NCBI RefSeq assembly: GCF_037042905.1
Contig: NC_087247.1
Location: 11,482,148 to 11,546,147, forward strand
From: Lytechinus pictus
Taxonomy: Eukaryota
Reading direction: 5' to 3'
DNA: 64,000 nucleotides
Under the pieces are notes generated by a model, which did no database searches, had not been told where the DNA came from, and saw only the letters and a program-made list of their open reading frames with translations. Made by a program: the position numbers and the translations under genes. Positions within the stretch are counted from its first letter, which is position 1, and the number at the start of each line of letters is the position of its first letter. Of this stretch, positions 1-14,111 are shown in pieces.

Positions 1-714
1 ATCATTCACTAGAAATGTAATATCATTATCAGTTTATTTCTCAAGACTCTATCCCCAGTTCTAAAGTTACAGGAATGCTCATTTTGTGTTCTGATATGAA
101 GGAAAATGGTGTTTTGTGTGAGTTCCTGTTATTAGCCATACCATTTTTATTTTATTATTATGTTTGTAATGTCTTTATAGACCCTTACATAAACAGCTTC
201 TTCCTTATGGTGTGATCCTTCCAACAAGTAGTAAATAAATAAATGAAAAATATTTTAAAAGTGTTGTAAAAATTGGAAAGATATTTGAAGGTATAGGCCT
301 CTGAGGCTCTCATGTTTTAACATTTTGCTATACTTAGTTATGATTTTGTGTATTTGGTGAATTTCAGTAGGATATCAACTTCACCATTTTTTTTTCTAGT
401 TTCAAATTCAATATACACACTTTCATAGAAGCCAACTGGTCTGCCCATCATATTCACCATGATGAGTGTTCTGACGTAAAGGGGAAACCCTTCGTATCAT
501 TTGACCTTTAGCGACCTCTTTTCAAGTTCAAGACCCTGATACTTCTAACCCCATCGCAAGCATCCAAGAAAAAAAAATGTAATCTGTGTTTTCCCCCCTC
601 TCCCGATGGATGCCGTCATCAATATTTGGTCGTTTGGTGTAGGGGATGTCGTCGGCCTAATCAGCCGGTAGCCGCTGTAGACCCCCCACCTGCTACTTCC
701 AGTTTGTTCTCTAG

Positions 715-812
715 GTCCGTCTCCACCAGCCCGAGTTTTCAAATAATCGCGCTATTTCTGATCTATCAAATTATCCAGAGTTTTAGCAAACTTGGGCTGG
801 TGCAGCACCGCC
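715..812. mobile_element. Internally deleted (~98-bp) derivative of the 30787-31127 MITE
   Basis: It retains both termini (CACCAGCCCGAGTTTTCAAATAATCGCGCTATTTCTGATCT ... CAAACTTGGGCTGGTGCAGCACCGCC) with the ~240-bp interior missing. Confidence 0.55.
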
Positions 813-3120
813 TACTAAAGAGAAAGGTGAAAACCTGTATCTTGCTTTGGTAAATCCCCCAAAATGTGGCTATCCATATTTCAATACATTACTAGATTAT
901 ATGAACGTGTATGCCCTAAAAGAGTTGTAATATGGAGGATATGAAATAAAAATGTATTTTGATTAGATGCCAATTGAGATAAAGATATCTGCATTGTTTT
1001 TGTATTTGATATAAAAACCTGCATGGATTCTAAAACATGGACTGGGCTCAAATGGTATATAGCATCTGATGAGAATAATGTGAATTCTGAATGAACTGAT
1101 TTCAGATAAAAGAGAGGTGTAACATCAAACAGTATCATCAAGATACATTCAAAGAAAAATATAGGCAACTCCAACAAGAGAGGAAAAGTAACGAGGGATA
1201 AATCAGTTGCATTAAATCATAGACGTCTAGCTGACGACACTTATCAATCATTTTCTTACTTTCAGTACGTTTATTGGTGAAAAAGTAGAACGATTGAAAG
1301 GCTTGCTTTATACATGTAGCTTGACTTGTTGCGAGGTGTGATTGGTCATTTGTATAGTGTTAGTTGGTAGGGTACACTCTTCTGTGGGGTGTAGATAAGG
1401 AAGAGGAGGGGAGGGAGATGTCCCGGGGAGATGTCAGCTGAAGAGCTTCTCATATGCGGCCTGTCCATCAGATTTGTGAGATTTCATTCAAAATCAATAG
1501 CTTACTTGACATTATCAAGCAAATAATTTTCTTTTGGTAATTTGACAGGCATTGATGATCTAGTCTCTACAAACTTGTGTCTTGAGGTTAAGACTAAAAA
1601 TAGCTATGTGTACATACTCCAAGCTTGTTTCATGGTCTGAAAGGACAGACTCACTTAAAAAAACATTATACCTTGTTAAGAGTGGAGACTAGTTAATTCC
1701 AACCCTCTGTCTGTTTGAGATCATCCTCAACACACAGTGAAACTAGTCTCGTATTTCAGACTCTGCATTATGTACTATGCGAAAAACATGGGTATGTGCC
1801 TTTAGACTACTACCTGTTGACGTAGGATGTAAAAAAAATGCAACTAAGAATGGATGCAGCTGAGTGAGAAAAGGAAACATGTTGCGATGTATGCTCTGTA
1901 GCTCGTTTGAGTGGTGACGGTTCCAAGGTCTGGGCTTGCCCGATGGTTACCCCGAGATAAGATGTGATCCACTATCGTGCTGTGATCCATTCCCTGGCAC
2001 AAATTTGCCAAATTAAGGAGAAGATGTTTTCAGTATTAAAAAATATGTGGGGGTGTACTTGTACATGTATGTTATGTCACTTGAAGGCTAGGCATGATAT
2101 GTCAGTCTGTAAATTAAAAAAAATTGATAATACCCGTAGCTCAATCTTTGTTTGAATATTTTTATCTTCTTGTAGATTATTCATAAGTGATGTTTGCTCA
2201 GATGCTATGTAGTTGTAGTAATGCCTATATTCAGAAGTGGATAGGCCTATTCATGAGAATTAGTTTGCCATGATAGATTGAGGTTGGCAAAGTCATGTTA
2301 TGATATTTGTTTCAAGCGACCAAAAGTATGTTTGCTCATTATGTATGCATTCTAATTTACATCATTTGTATCTATAATGTTCATAAAGAGTTTGTACATG
2401 TAAGTCTTTATTTGGAAAATAGCATTAAAAACAGACATACTGAAGCTTTTCAACATGCATTTATCAGAATAATATAATTAGCATGAATGATCAGAAAGCT
2501 AGAATGAAAAAATATATTATAGAACTGAAAAGGATGATGGACGCCAAGCGACGAGCTATATATGTAGGCCTACTGACAAAAATACAAAATTGCCCCCCAA
2601 AAATGCAAAATACTATTAAAGAAAGAATTCAATACTAAAGAAAATTTTATCATTGTATTGGCATTAAGAGGAAAGGACAAGAATATCACATAATCCCCCA
2701 AGTCCTTAGGGTTTTATGAATTTTCATATACTTATGAGCAGTAGGAGGACTAATATCTGGATTAAAGTTTTGAAAAATGATAAAGCTTAAAGTAGGATCA
2801 TACAGGATGGCAGTTTATGTGGTTAAAGAATTCATTTCCAGAGTTTTAATCCTTTTGTTAATGAGCTATTTGATAATCCAGAATATATGATTACTAATTA
2901 CATATGCTATATGGAAAGAAACTAAATAGGCCAGTATTCTTTTTCTGATTTCTTTTTTAATTGCACATTTGTTTTATCACACCCCCTCCCCCTACGTAAG
3001 CACATACACATTTAAAAGAAAGTGTCCTGAAATAATTTTGAAATGATTATGGTAGAATTGATTAGCAATAGATATACTTATAGATGAAATGAAACATGAA
3101 ATTTATCAAATAGATACATG

Positions 3121-3240
3121 TAGGTAGGTAAATAGATAGATAGATATAGATATATAGATAGATAGATAAATAGATAGATAGACAGACAGAATGACAGACA
3201 GACGACAGACAGACAGACAGATAGATAGATAGATAGATTG
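3121..3240. repeat. Compound tetranucleotide microsatellite (GATA)n/(GACA)n
   Basis: Direct reading: tagatagatagat...gacagacagaca...gatagatagata. Confidence 0.9.
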
Positions 3241-3273
3241 ACAGATACATGTAGATGCAAAGATGAAGACAGT

Positions 3274-3587
3274 GGCCCGTATTCTGAAGTCAGGTTTAAC
3301 TTAGACCACGGTCTAAGTCTGTGCTAAAATTATGGGGAGCCAAAAATTCAAAAATTCTGTTTCTCTTGTATATTTCTTATGTTTACTATTTTGCTTTCAT
3401 AATGAAGAAAAATACTTCAAAATACTTCATTTACATCATTCCCAGACACTTATGAATAATTTGTGTGTCATATGAGTTAATAAATTGGATGTGTACTGTT
3501 AAGGATTTGTGCCCCTATTGGCTCTCCATACTTAAACCACAACTTTAAACCATGGTTTAATTTAAACCTGACTTCAGAATACGGGCC
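3274..3587. mobile_element. MITE family A (TIR GGCCCGTATTCTGAAGTCAGGTTTAA), 314 bp
   Basis: Near-perfect ~26-bp terminal inverted repeats at both ends. Homologous copies at 16737-17032 and 9280-9753. Confidence 0.7.
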
Positions 3588-4696
3588 AGCTATAATAGAT
3601 GTGGTCAAGATTGTTCCCTCCTGCAGATCATATTAGAGCAGAAGCTTGTCTCTGAATTTTGCAACGTGCAGTTCGTGCCCCACTCAGAGGTCAAGTTCAA
3701 CTTTGTGAAAAAACAATCCTACCATATCACAGGTTCTGATATCACCAAAGGATTAACTCTCTAGGGATCAAAGTAGTCAATTTGTTATCATTTACATCTT
3801 GAGATATTGAGTGTATGACACATTATATCATAAGATGACATTAAGAATGTTTGCTTCTCATATCCTCCAAGCCAGATTTAAAACCATTTTTGTCGCGCCT
3901 GCATGGCAGGAGCGAGACAAAGGCGCCGCTTTATCGATGGCACCGTCATCAACATTGAAATATTAACCAACGTTAAGTTGTTGAAATGTGATCATAACTT
4001 TAAAAGTTTATGGATCTATTTCATGAAAGTTGGACATAAGTGTGATCAAATGATTATCTTGAATGAGTTTCGGGTCACATGATCAGGGTTCTTCTGAAGA
4101 GTGGTTTAGGTCTATTCCTTTGTCTCCAGTAGTTTTAAACCTGTATTGATGCCTGTGCATTTGATCATATTCCTTTCAGCTCACCAAGGCTTTCATTTCT
4201 TGAATGAAATCATAGTATTATGTTTATGGTAGTTATTAATAGCTGTAACCTATCTAATCCCCAACGCAGTAGCGGGATTGTGTTCTCGGGATGACGCAAG
4301 GGTGCGTAAAGCCCCCGGGATGAAACATGAGACTTGCGCTTAATCCCGCTAAGATTTCCTTTGATCTTAAACAATAAGTATTAAGCGTTTTGATAATTCC
4401 CAACCCCAAAACCCTGATTCTACCAAATTCAGAGATTTTTTAGTTCATACTTGAAAGACTCTCGTGTTGCTGAAGGATGTCATTGGTTTGGCTATTTCTA
4501 TAATTAGACAAGCCCAACTCCTGTATTATGTAATGCAGACACAAAATATATTAATTGTGTAATACACCCCATTTATGCAATTGACAGTAGGACAGTAATA
4601 AAGTCACTATTTGTTTCATAAAATTCTTTTATTAATTATGAAATTTAGTGTTCCTGATTTGTTGTGAAATCAAATCCAAAATTCAAATCAAGTCCT

Positions 4697-5272
4697 TAAA
4701 GGTCAAGTCCACCCCAGGAAAATGCTGACTTGAATAAATAGATAAAAATCAAACTAGCATAGTGCTGAAAATTTCATCAAAATTGGATGTAAAATAAGAA
4801 AGTTATGACATTTTAAAGTTTCGCTTATTTTTCACAAATCAGTGATATGCACAACTAGTCAATGATGTCCATCACTCACTATTTCTTTTGTTTTTTATTG
4901 TTTGAATTATACAATATTTCATTTTTTATAGATTTGACAATAAGGACCAACTTGAATGAACCATATAGTATTAAACAGTGCCAATTCCACATGTTCAGGG
5001 AGGAATTAATCATTGTATCACTTGACAATGAGGAGAAAATTAGAATATTTCATATTTCGTATAATAAAATACAAAAGAAATAGTGAGTGGATGACGTCAT
5101 CAGACTCCTCATTTGCATACCAGCCAGGATGTGCATATAACTGTTTTGTGAAATTAAGCGAAACTTTAAAATGTCATAACTTTCTTATTTTACATCTGAT
5201 TTTGATGAAATTTTCAGTGTTATGCTTGTAGGATTTTTCTCTTTTTATTCAAATCAACCTTTTGTTGGGGTG
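4697..5272. mobile_element. Foldback/MITE family C (~580 bp long-arm palindrome beginning AAGGTCAAGTCCACC)
   Basis: The left half (4697-4985) is an approximate reverse complement of the right half (4985-5272). Two more copies occur at 12857-13467 and 33050-33660. Confidence 0.65.
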
Positions 5273-7481
5273 TTTTTTTTTTTAATAAGCTATTGTGATT
5301 TGTTTTTATTGCCATCGGGTTGGCCTTTCAGAAACCATGGACAACCATTGTTAAGTCTACATCAGGGGCCCGTAACACAAAGCTTAGCAATCAATCGTAG
5401 AACATTTTGCTACGATTGATTGCATAGACTACAATGTACAATCAATCGTAAAAATCAAGCGTACGATTAATCGCCAACCTTCGTGTTACGGGACCCTGTT
5501 CTTTCCTCCTATCAATCAAGAGTTGTACACAGCATTAATGTGTATTGAAATGTCCCTGGGTTACACTTGGTGGTGATAAACCATGCCTATAAATCTCTCA
5601 GATTGGAAGAAAAGAAAAGAGAGAATTCGTCAGCTGGTAAAGCTTGGTTGAAATGTGAAGAACATAGTTGGAGGATGGAGAAATAGTGATAGTATTTTTA
5701 CCTTGAAATGAAGTTAACAAGAATAATTGACAAAGCGGGGAAGCTTAGCATCTCTCTACTGATTGATGTCATCATGTTGCACTTGTGTATTCTGACATCC
5801 TAACATTTAGGATAAGGGTAATAGTGACTGGTATCGGGCGAAGACCCAATTCACATGAATAGTCTCTTGAAAAACAGTTCCATTTGTTTGTTTTGGGACT
5901 GGTACCTGCCTTGGTTAGACTTTAGAAAGGAATGTTAACAGGGAAACAAAAATGTCCTGTGAGATATACATGTACCTGCATCAGACATGCCAACCGTTCC
6001 CTTTTTAGAGTATTCATTCCTCTCTTTTCCTATGAATACGCCAAGACTTTTTTTGTATGATATTTGTTACTCTTTTTTAATTACCGATCATGGAGTGTGT
6101 ACTATACACAGCGTGCGTCGCTAGCGCCGGTCCGACGGTCCCAGACCGGTAAAAATCACTGTCGGGCCAGTAACTTGTTGCATGGAAAGAACAAGTAAAT
6201 TCTTGCCTACGAGCTCGTGTTTAAAATGGTGAATTATCAAGTTTTCAACTGCATTTCAAATGTTTTTTCACCGATCTCACTACAACAGGCTGGCGATTGT
6301 AACGTTGAGACAAATTTTTAAAAGTACTCTTTTTTGTCAATTTTTTTTTTCCTTCTAAGAATACTTTTTTTTTTGTAGAAGGTTGGCAGGTCTGCTGTAT
6401 CTGTACAGAGTAATGAATGCCACACCCACAGGCCCCAGTCACACCAACGAAGCCGACTCTAAACCGACCAATTGCATAGTCTGCTGTGCAAACCGTTCAC
6501 TCGAGTTAAGGGTCTGAATGTGCAGCCTACTCATGCCTTGTGTACTGAAGGCCCTCTCGCTCATGTAATTTGTATATGTGCTAGTCTTTGCGTGGAGACA
6601 CACTTGCTGATCAAAGTTTCAATCAGGGTCTGTGCCTGCAGACTACCAATGGCATGCCGTTGGAAAATATCACATAAGTTTTGGTAGGTCTGAAGTAGGT
6701 TTCGCTAGTCTGCCTGTGACGATATCTGTAAGTATCAATGGTACCTAGGCGAAACAGGATGGTGAAATTAGAACACGTGCATGCTGAAAAAATGCCACTG
6801 ATTGATCTGCAAAAAATCTCTGCATTACTAATTGCTTTTATATCTATCCATTCCACATCTTCCAGAGGAAGACGTCCTCAACCTTTTGTTGTTCTGTCGG
6901 CTGGCGAAGGTTTCTGGTAATGATCCCAAGGAAACAACTTGATCCATTACCTTTAACTCGGGATCTATGATGCTCGCTTACTCAGACCCTCGATGGCTTC
7001 CCCCGCGACAAATTGCCTAAGACGTTCGGAATTATTTCATTTACGAATGTCCAGACATTGGATTTGCGTGTAGCTGTCCATCTCATGCTTCTCAAGTTGT
7101 TGCAGTTGCTCTTGATTTTGGTTGTGCACTCATTCCGGAGATTGGAGTTGGAGAAACGGGTCTGATCTCGATGGCTCTTGTTGACAGTTGTAATTGCTTC
7201 CGGTATGAGATGTCTTTTCTTGATTTTCAGACATGGCAGCAGAAACAATCTATATACAATGTGAAAGGAAGTAACCATATTGAAACATCCTTCCTAATTA
7301 CATTGATTTTCAAATGACTAATTTTGATAGCACAAATGGAATGTTTATATTCATTTTTTGGCATTATTATTAGGGTAAATGTACTTCAAGACATATCCTT
7401 AGAACATGTAGATACTTTGTAAATTAGGGTTGAAAATCAGAATGAAATGGAATTAAAAAGTGTAAGTTTGATGGTTTATTT

Positions 7482-7886
7482 CCAATTCGTCTAATGCCAA
7501 TTCGTCCAATTGCCAACTCGTCTACTACCACTTGGTCTATCAGCAGTTCGTCTACTCACCACATGGTCTTCTTTCATTTAGTCTAATGCCATTCCGTCTA
7601 ATAACCAGTTGGTCCAATAGCCATTTAGTCCATATACATGTACCATTTGGTGTTTGGTCTAATTAAACTAAAGTGTTAATTGTGAAAACTAAATGAAAAG
7701 AAGATGGGTATTAGACCAACTGGTTATTAGACGAAATGGTGATTAGACAAAATGGTGATTAGACGAAGTGATGATTGGACCAAATGTTTATTGGACCAAA
7801 TAGTTTTTAGACAAAATGTTGATGGACGGAATGGCATTAGACTAAATGAAGGTAGACCATGAGGTGAGTGGACGAATTGGCAATTT
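7482..7886. mobile_element. Foldback element built from tandem ~10-bp subrepeats (CCAATTCGTCTAATG-type)
   Basis: The left arm has tandem TCGTCTA/TGGTCTA units and the right arm has the complementary TAGACGAA/TAGACCAA units. A related short copy is at 17033-17200, directly abutting the MITE-A copy at 16737-17032. Confidence 0.55.
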
Positions 7887-9279
7887 ACCAACTTGATTGC
7901 TAGTAGTTCAAGACTTCCCCTGTGAGATGCTTCGTAAATTGGGGTTATCCCATCAGTTTTCCAATGATAATTAGAATAGGAAATAAATCTAATTACAATC
8001 ACTTTCAAATATATATATACATGTATCATTGTTAATACCCCTGCTAAATAAAGTTTTAATGGGGATCATAGGATTTGGGCAGGTCATTGTTTTGTTGGTC
8101 AGTCAATTGCAAAGCTTTTGGTTTTATCTTCTTCCTCACTTTTTGCCCAATGCTCACGTGACTTGGGCATACATGTACATGTTGGCCTTGGAATGAAGAA
8201 GTGCAAGACACATTTTTAAATAATTATTTCTTTATATATACATGTATGTTTCATCCTAGACATTCCCAGTCCAGTCAGTTTGTCCTCTTTGACACTGTTT
8301 TTACTGGTGGGCGGATCCCCCTGGCCCCCTTCTTCTGTCTCTTGTTTATAATTGGGAGGATATGATATCACATGTTCGATCCCAAGCCCTCGTTACCTGC
8401 CCCCAAACAGTTGCTGGCTACTGTCACTATCAGCCAGTGATGCAGTCAGGTGACCACAGCAAGAAGGGTTTATACTAGAGTAGGAAGATATCCTATGTTC
8501 ACAGGAGTAACATGTCCTATTCTCAAAGTATAGATTGACAGTAATGTTTTCAGCATCCATTATTGCTTAGGATTTTTTCCACTGCCTTTTCCTCTCTCCT
8601 GAGTCTCCTCAGCTGCTCCTATTTTCTTTTTTACATCTGAATATAATTGGTAAATGCTTTGGGAATCTTTATTTACTCTTACCCATTTTCTCTGTTTCCT
8701 CAATAACATACATTTATTTGGGGTGCACAGAATTGCCTTTAAAAAGTTAAAAATGACAATTGACTTTCATTACTATAATAATAAACAAGTGGAATTCAAG
8801 TACAATATTTGTCCTTGTCCTTTCATCATTCCAGGTACTCTCACAATACCACTTGGTTATTATGAATTTCCTTCCCTTTTCCCCCTTTCATTCTGTCTGT
8901 CTGTATGTCTCGGTCTTTCTCTCTTTTCCTTCTCTCTTCCTCCCCTTGTCTCTCTCACAATGTCTTGTCTATTTCTGTCTTCTTTTCCAAGTAATTCTGC
9001 CAGCTGCTCTGTCATCTTTTTCTTCTCAGTCTTTCTTACAGGGACATTAAACCTTTGTTCTTGCTTTTGAATTTCTTTTACATCTTGTATACAATCTTTT
9101 GAACTTAAGAGGTACAGTGTACATAAAAATAAAGCTTTTCAACAAAAATCTCATTGATGATATTAATAGCACCAACAGTATAAACACCAAATGCATCGGA
9201 AACTATTGTTTTCAGTATTTGCAAGTTTCTATTCCCATTAGTTTTGATGAAGGTGCATCAAATTGCTCTTATACATATT

Positions 9280-9753
9280 GGCCCGTATTCTGAAGTTGGG
9301 TTTAACCCAAACTCAGGTTTTAAGTTGTGGTTTAAGTATGGACAGCCAATTGTTACATAAATCACATATCATATTTCAGCTTATTTGACTCTCAAAGCAT
9401 TCATGGAAGTAGTATAAAAAGATGATTGTCTTCACCATCGATGAAGAAAAGAGCACAGTAAACATAAAAAACATACAGCTTAATAAAATTTTTGACACTT
9501 TTGGCTTCCAATAATTTTAGCACAGAGTTAGACCATGGTCTAAGTTAAACCAGGAGGGTGTTTCATAAAGCTGTTCGTAAGTTAAGAGCGACTTTAAGAA
9601 CGACTGGTGAACCTTTCTTACGCGCTAAGCTATCACCAATGAACACTGAATGGTGCATATTTACCACAAGAAAGGATCACCAGTCGTTCTTAAAGTCGCC
9701 CTTAACTTACGAACAGCTTTATGAAACACCCACTTGACTTCAGAATACGGGCC
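9280..9753. mobile_element. MITE family A copy in inverted orientation, carrying a nested second MITE
   Basis: Family-A TIRs at 9280-9305 and 9728-9753. The internal sequence matches the reverse complement of copy 3274-3587 except for a ~177-bp palindromic insert. Confidence 0.65.
9557..9733. mobile_element. Nested palindromic MITE (TIR GGGTGTTTCATAAAGCTGTTCGTAAGTTAAGAGCGACTTTAAGAACGACTGGTGA, ~60-bp arms)
   Basis: Near-perfect inverted repeat arms fold back on each other. It interrupts the family-A element between GTTAAACC and TGACTTCAG. Confidence 0.6.
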
Positions 9754-12700
9754 GTATACCTAAGCACATTTTGTTGGATGAAATGTTTTTTTTTTTTACA
9801 TGATAAAGATTCTAATTCTTGGCTTGTTCCTAAAAAATATACATGTTATACCCATCATCCAGGCTTCTGCTATTCTCCAGAGTTTCATATTTTGTCACAT
9901 TTTGTTGCTGGGGTACTTCCTCAATATTTCATGTCAGTTTGTTTTCTTTGCCGGGCTTTCCTCTTCCTGGCGTCGGTTGAAGTAGGTCGGATGTCGCACT
10001 TGAAGTCGAAACATCAAAAGTTGTGAAATATGATCAGAGGACACGATGCGGAGCAAATCAGTAATTGAACTGCCAAGATCTTAATTAGCATCTTGCTTGG
10101 AGCTCCCATAAGCTTGCAGGTCGAGATTTTGATTATCAGTGATTCTCGTTTACGATGGACTAATACTCCTTTTAACTCGATTTCTACTTTCTTTGAACAT
10201 CCCTCCAGCTGCGTGCACCGCCGAGTGAAGACAGATGCGTGATAAATTCCTCATTCTTATCTTTAGAGTTTTCAACAACTGTAGATATACGCCATAAGCA
10301 TTTATTGCAAACAAATTGCTCTAGTTAACTTGTTCTGTGTATCACTCTCTTAAAAATACATTTTATCCTCAAATTTTCTGGTGATATTTCAAATTTTTAA
10401 ATTAGGTCACAATCCCCCCCCCAAAAAAAAAAAAAAAAACTCAAATCTTATGATTGGATCATATCTACCTTTATTCAAATATTTCCAGATGATTTGGGTT
10501 AGTTTGGCAAAAGGATGTGTTTGTTTTGTTTGTTTGTTTGTTTTGTGTTATGTTTTTTATCAGATGACATCAGTTAATGGAAAGAATACACATTTTCATA
10601 TCATTGACATTCCCTTCAGAATTTGAGTATTTCTGAAGAAATCTTGCAACGTAAGAGGTCATAAACATTTGGGGGAATTTGATAAAAACATAGAAAAAAG
10701 TCAGGGCTCTTCAGTGAATTCACTTATTTTCAAAAGTCTTTTCAGTTTGGAGAAGCCTTCAAGATGTAAGTTTTAATTGTTACTAGTTAGGTAAAAATCA
10801 CTGTTTGGCTGTACTCATACACTGTAAAAACTCAAAACTGACACCAATGTGTGTTAATAGAGGACCACACCCTCTGGTGTTAAAATTACACCCTAGAGAT
10901 TGAATATAACACCAAAGAGTGTACATGTAACAACCAAAGGTGTTGCAATAACACCTATAGGTGCTAAACTAACACTGTCAATTTAACACCGGTGTAAAAT
11001 AACTGGTGTGGTCCTCTATGTACACCGGTTAACACCGCAGTTTTTGCTGTGTATTCACACCATCATAACATTGACAGTGCCTGTAAATTACAAGAACTTG
11101 TTCAGGATAATTCTGTGCCTTTATTTCAGATATAAAGTTATAAAGTTCAAACCACAATGCGCAATCTTCTTGCCTATTTCAGAACTCTTCTGGGTTTTTT
11201 TTTCACATTGCAACTTCCCCACACACTTGGAGTAATCCAAAGGAGTTGGTTAAATTGAAGTTATATTGTGTGTAGATTAATCACAAGTGCCCTGCCCCTT
11301 TGATATGAATTATGATTGAAAAAAAGAAATAAAGATATTGCAAAAGGGGTTAGGTCCATTTTTCATCAAATTTGATTTTTTGTTTGTCTCAATGCATAGA
11401 TTTTTAGTAGCTCTATAAGATGATACCAAAGAAAAGTTGAAATTCCCATTGAAAAGTGAACAAAAATGGCAAAGAAAAATCACCTTTTTTCAAAAGGGGT
11501 TAGGGCCATTTCAGTTTGGTTGCAAAAGGGGTTAGGTCCACAAAGAATTTTTTGGTAAAGAATATTTTTTTAAATATGAAGACAGGATAGATTTCTTTTA
11601 TACCCAATTTTATGTTCACATGATAGGGTAGTACATGATGACAATTTAGTTTTTCATAAGAATATTGCGATAAGTTAGAATAAAAAACATGATTTTTCTC
11701 GGAATGGTCAAAAGTGGACCTAACCCCTTTTGCAACCAAACTCTTCAGATATGAATTATCTTTAGTTAGTTATTTCTGTGAACCATTAGTCCACACTTCC
11801 TGTAAAAAAAAAATCATTCACCAATCTCAATTATCATAAATGAAGTCAATATTGGTTTTAACTTTTTCTTTCCCCAAAATATAAATTATTCAGCAAAAGA
11901 GACATGTTCTTCTGTTGCCTTTCTCAACTCCTAAATGTACTTTCCGCTCACTGAATAAACATCCGATTAGCATGAATTGAATTACTTAACGAGGAGGAAA
12001 AGGGAGATGATGTTATTGTGATTGGTAATGAATATGCATCCGATTGGATAATGTTAACTTAATATCTTCTCCTCCTCCTCGTCAGACTTGCCACAGGTGC
12101 TCTCGTTATACCCCATCAGCTATTACAACAACAAATTTCACAATTGTCTCTCCAATTACATATACATGCATTACGGGCAATACAAGTTAGAAGCCCAGGG
12201 CCGGTATTTAATTCTGACCACTGATCATCTAAGTAAATTACTTAACATTTTACTTGGCTAAGGAAATTGCTTATACCCATATTCAGATCACTTTTTTAAA
12301 GTATTTTGCTTTCAAGCCAAATACATCCTTATGACATCACAGAGTCCTTAAGCCAAGTATTTTTGTAATGTTTGTATCCACTTGTGAACAGTATGCACAT
12401 TTGTAAAACTGCATGCAAGCTAGGTAGGAGGCTAACTTTCAGGGTTCCCAGCCCATCAGGGGAAATTATTTTACTTTTTTCCAGTTTGGGAAAAATCAGG
12501 GAATTTTGATCAGCCCATATGTCGAAAGAATGGTAGTCAGTCAGACTCTGTTATATTGTGTTGCATATCAGAACAACATCCATTGAATGACTGGTTATGG
12601 TGGTTTGTTTTACATGTAATTCACTGCAACAACTTAAGAAAACATGCAAAAACTGGGAATGGATTTAAATAATTGTCAGGGAATTTTTAAACTTCATCAG

Positions 12701-12856
12701 GAAAAAGTGGGGAATTTTATTTTCTTGAAAAGCTGGGAACCCTGACTTTAACTTATATTTAAGGAAAATGTTTAGCAAAAATAGACAACTGAATAACGAA
12801 GATGATTATGTAAGCAGAATACTGAATGAAATACTCCCTGAAAAATTCTGGGGTAT

Positions 12857-13467
12857 TTAAAGGTCAAGTCCACCTCAGAAAAAGTTGTTTTGAATCAACA
12901 GAGAAAAATCAGACAAGCATAATGCTGAAAATTTCATCAAAATCGGATGTAAAATAAGAAAGTTATGACATTTTGAAATTTTGCTTATTTTTCACAAAAT
13001 AGTTATATGCACAATTTAGTCACATGCATATGAGAGAATCGATGATGTCCCTCACTCACTATTTCTTTTGTTTTTTATTGTTTGAATTATACAATATTTC
13101 AATTTGTACAGATTTGACAATAAGGACCAACTTGGCTGAACCATATAATGTTAAGCAATGGTAACGCCACATGTTCAATGAGAAATAAAACTTTGTTTCA
13201 CAGGACCATGAGGAGAAAATTAGAATATTTCATATTTCAAATAATAAAATACAAAAGAAAAAGTGAGTGAGTGATGTCATCAGTTCCCTCATTTGCATAC
13301 CGACCAGGATGTGCATATAACTGTTTTGTGAAATTAAGCGAAACTTAAATATGTCATATCTTTCTTATTTTACATCCGATTTTGATAAAATTTTCAGTGT
13401 TATGCTTGTTGGATTTTTCTCTTTTTATTCAAATCAACTTTTTGTTGGGGTAGACTTGTCCTTTAAG
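12857..13467. mobile_element. Foldback/MITE family C copy
   Basis: High identity to 4697-5272 over its full length (e.g. TCACTCACTATTTCTTTTGTTTTTTATTGTTTGAATTATACAATATTTCA). Confidence 0.65.
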
Positions 13468-14111
13468 TATCAAACTGAAATCCTGCCTAGGCATTTTGGA
13501 AGGATTGTGCAGGGCTACTTCCTTTGAGCGTGCTTTGAGCTGGCTGGTGAGGAGTGAACACTCATAAATGCCAAGAATTTATTATAGGTGGCTGTCATTT
13601 GGTGACCACTGTTCATCGACAGGCAATCATCTAGTATTTTATTACCTATTAATATTGATAGCTTGGGTGCCATATGCTGTCCAAAATATGGAAAAAGAAC
13701 AATGATGATATGACTTATATAGTTGCTTGCTCTTTAAAGGTAAAAGACAGTAGTTGCAGCAAACAATTATTTCATGAGAAAGACTTTTAAATACATTAAT
13801 GTAAAACTTATCTTTGTAAAATCATGAAATCTTAGCTCAAAATCGATATTTCTGAGTCATAATGCAGTGCTTTTGTATTAAATACTGTAGAATTTGCTGT
13901 TTGGTCTTTTTTTTTTCCTTTATAAAGTAAAATTCCTCCAAGAGATCTTGGTTATATCAGAATAATGATGATACGGTGCCTCTCTTGCTCTTGCTCTCTT
14001 TTTCTCCTTTCTTTTTCTTTTGCTCTTTCACAAAAGTTTTTAGATGAAAATGTGCTGGGATGTGCTTCTTCTTTTATCAGGAATACCGCAATTAATGCAA
14101 TATATGACTAC

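Noticed and set aside
6100-6180. A short CpG-rich patch (GCGTCGCTAGCGCCGGTCCGACGGTCCCAGACCGG) as a possible promoter CpG island.
   Set aside because: It is only ~80 bp, with no adjacent first exon or start codon in a good context. I cannot support a promoter call from sequence alone.
8654-9070. 138-aa and 96-aa ORFs rich in Leu/Ser/Phe.
   Set aside because: The pyrimidine-rich (CT)n-like low-complexity DNA at 8870-9060 keeps frames open. There is no domain-like sequence and no splice context.
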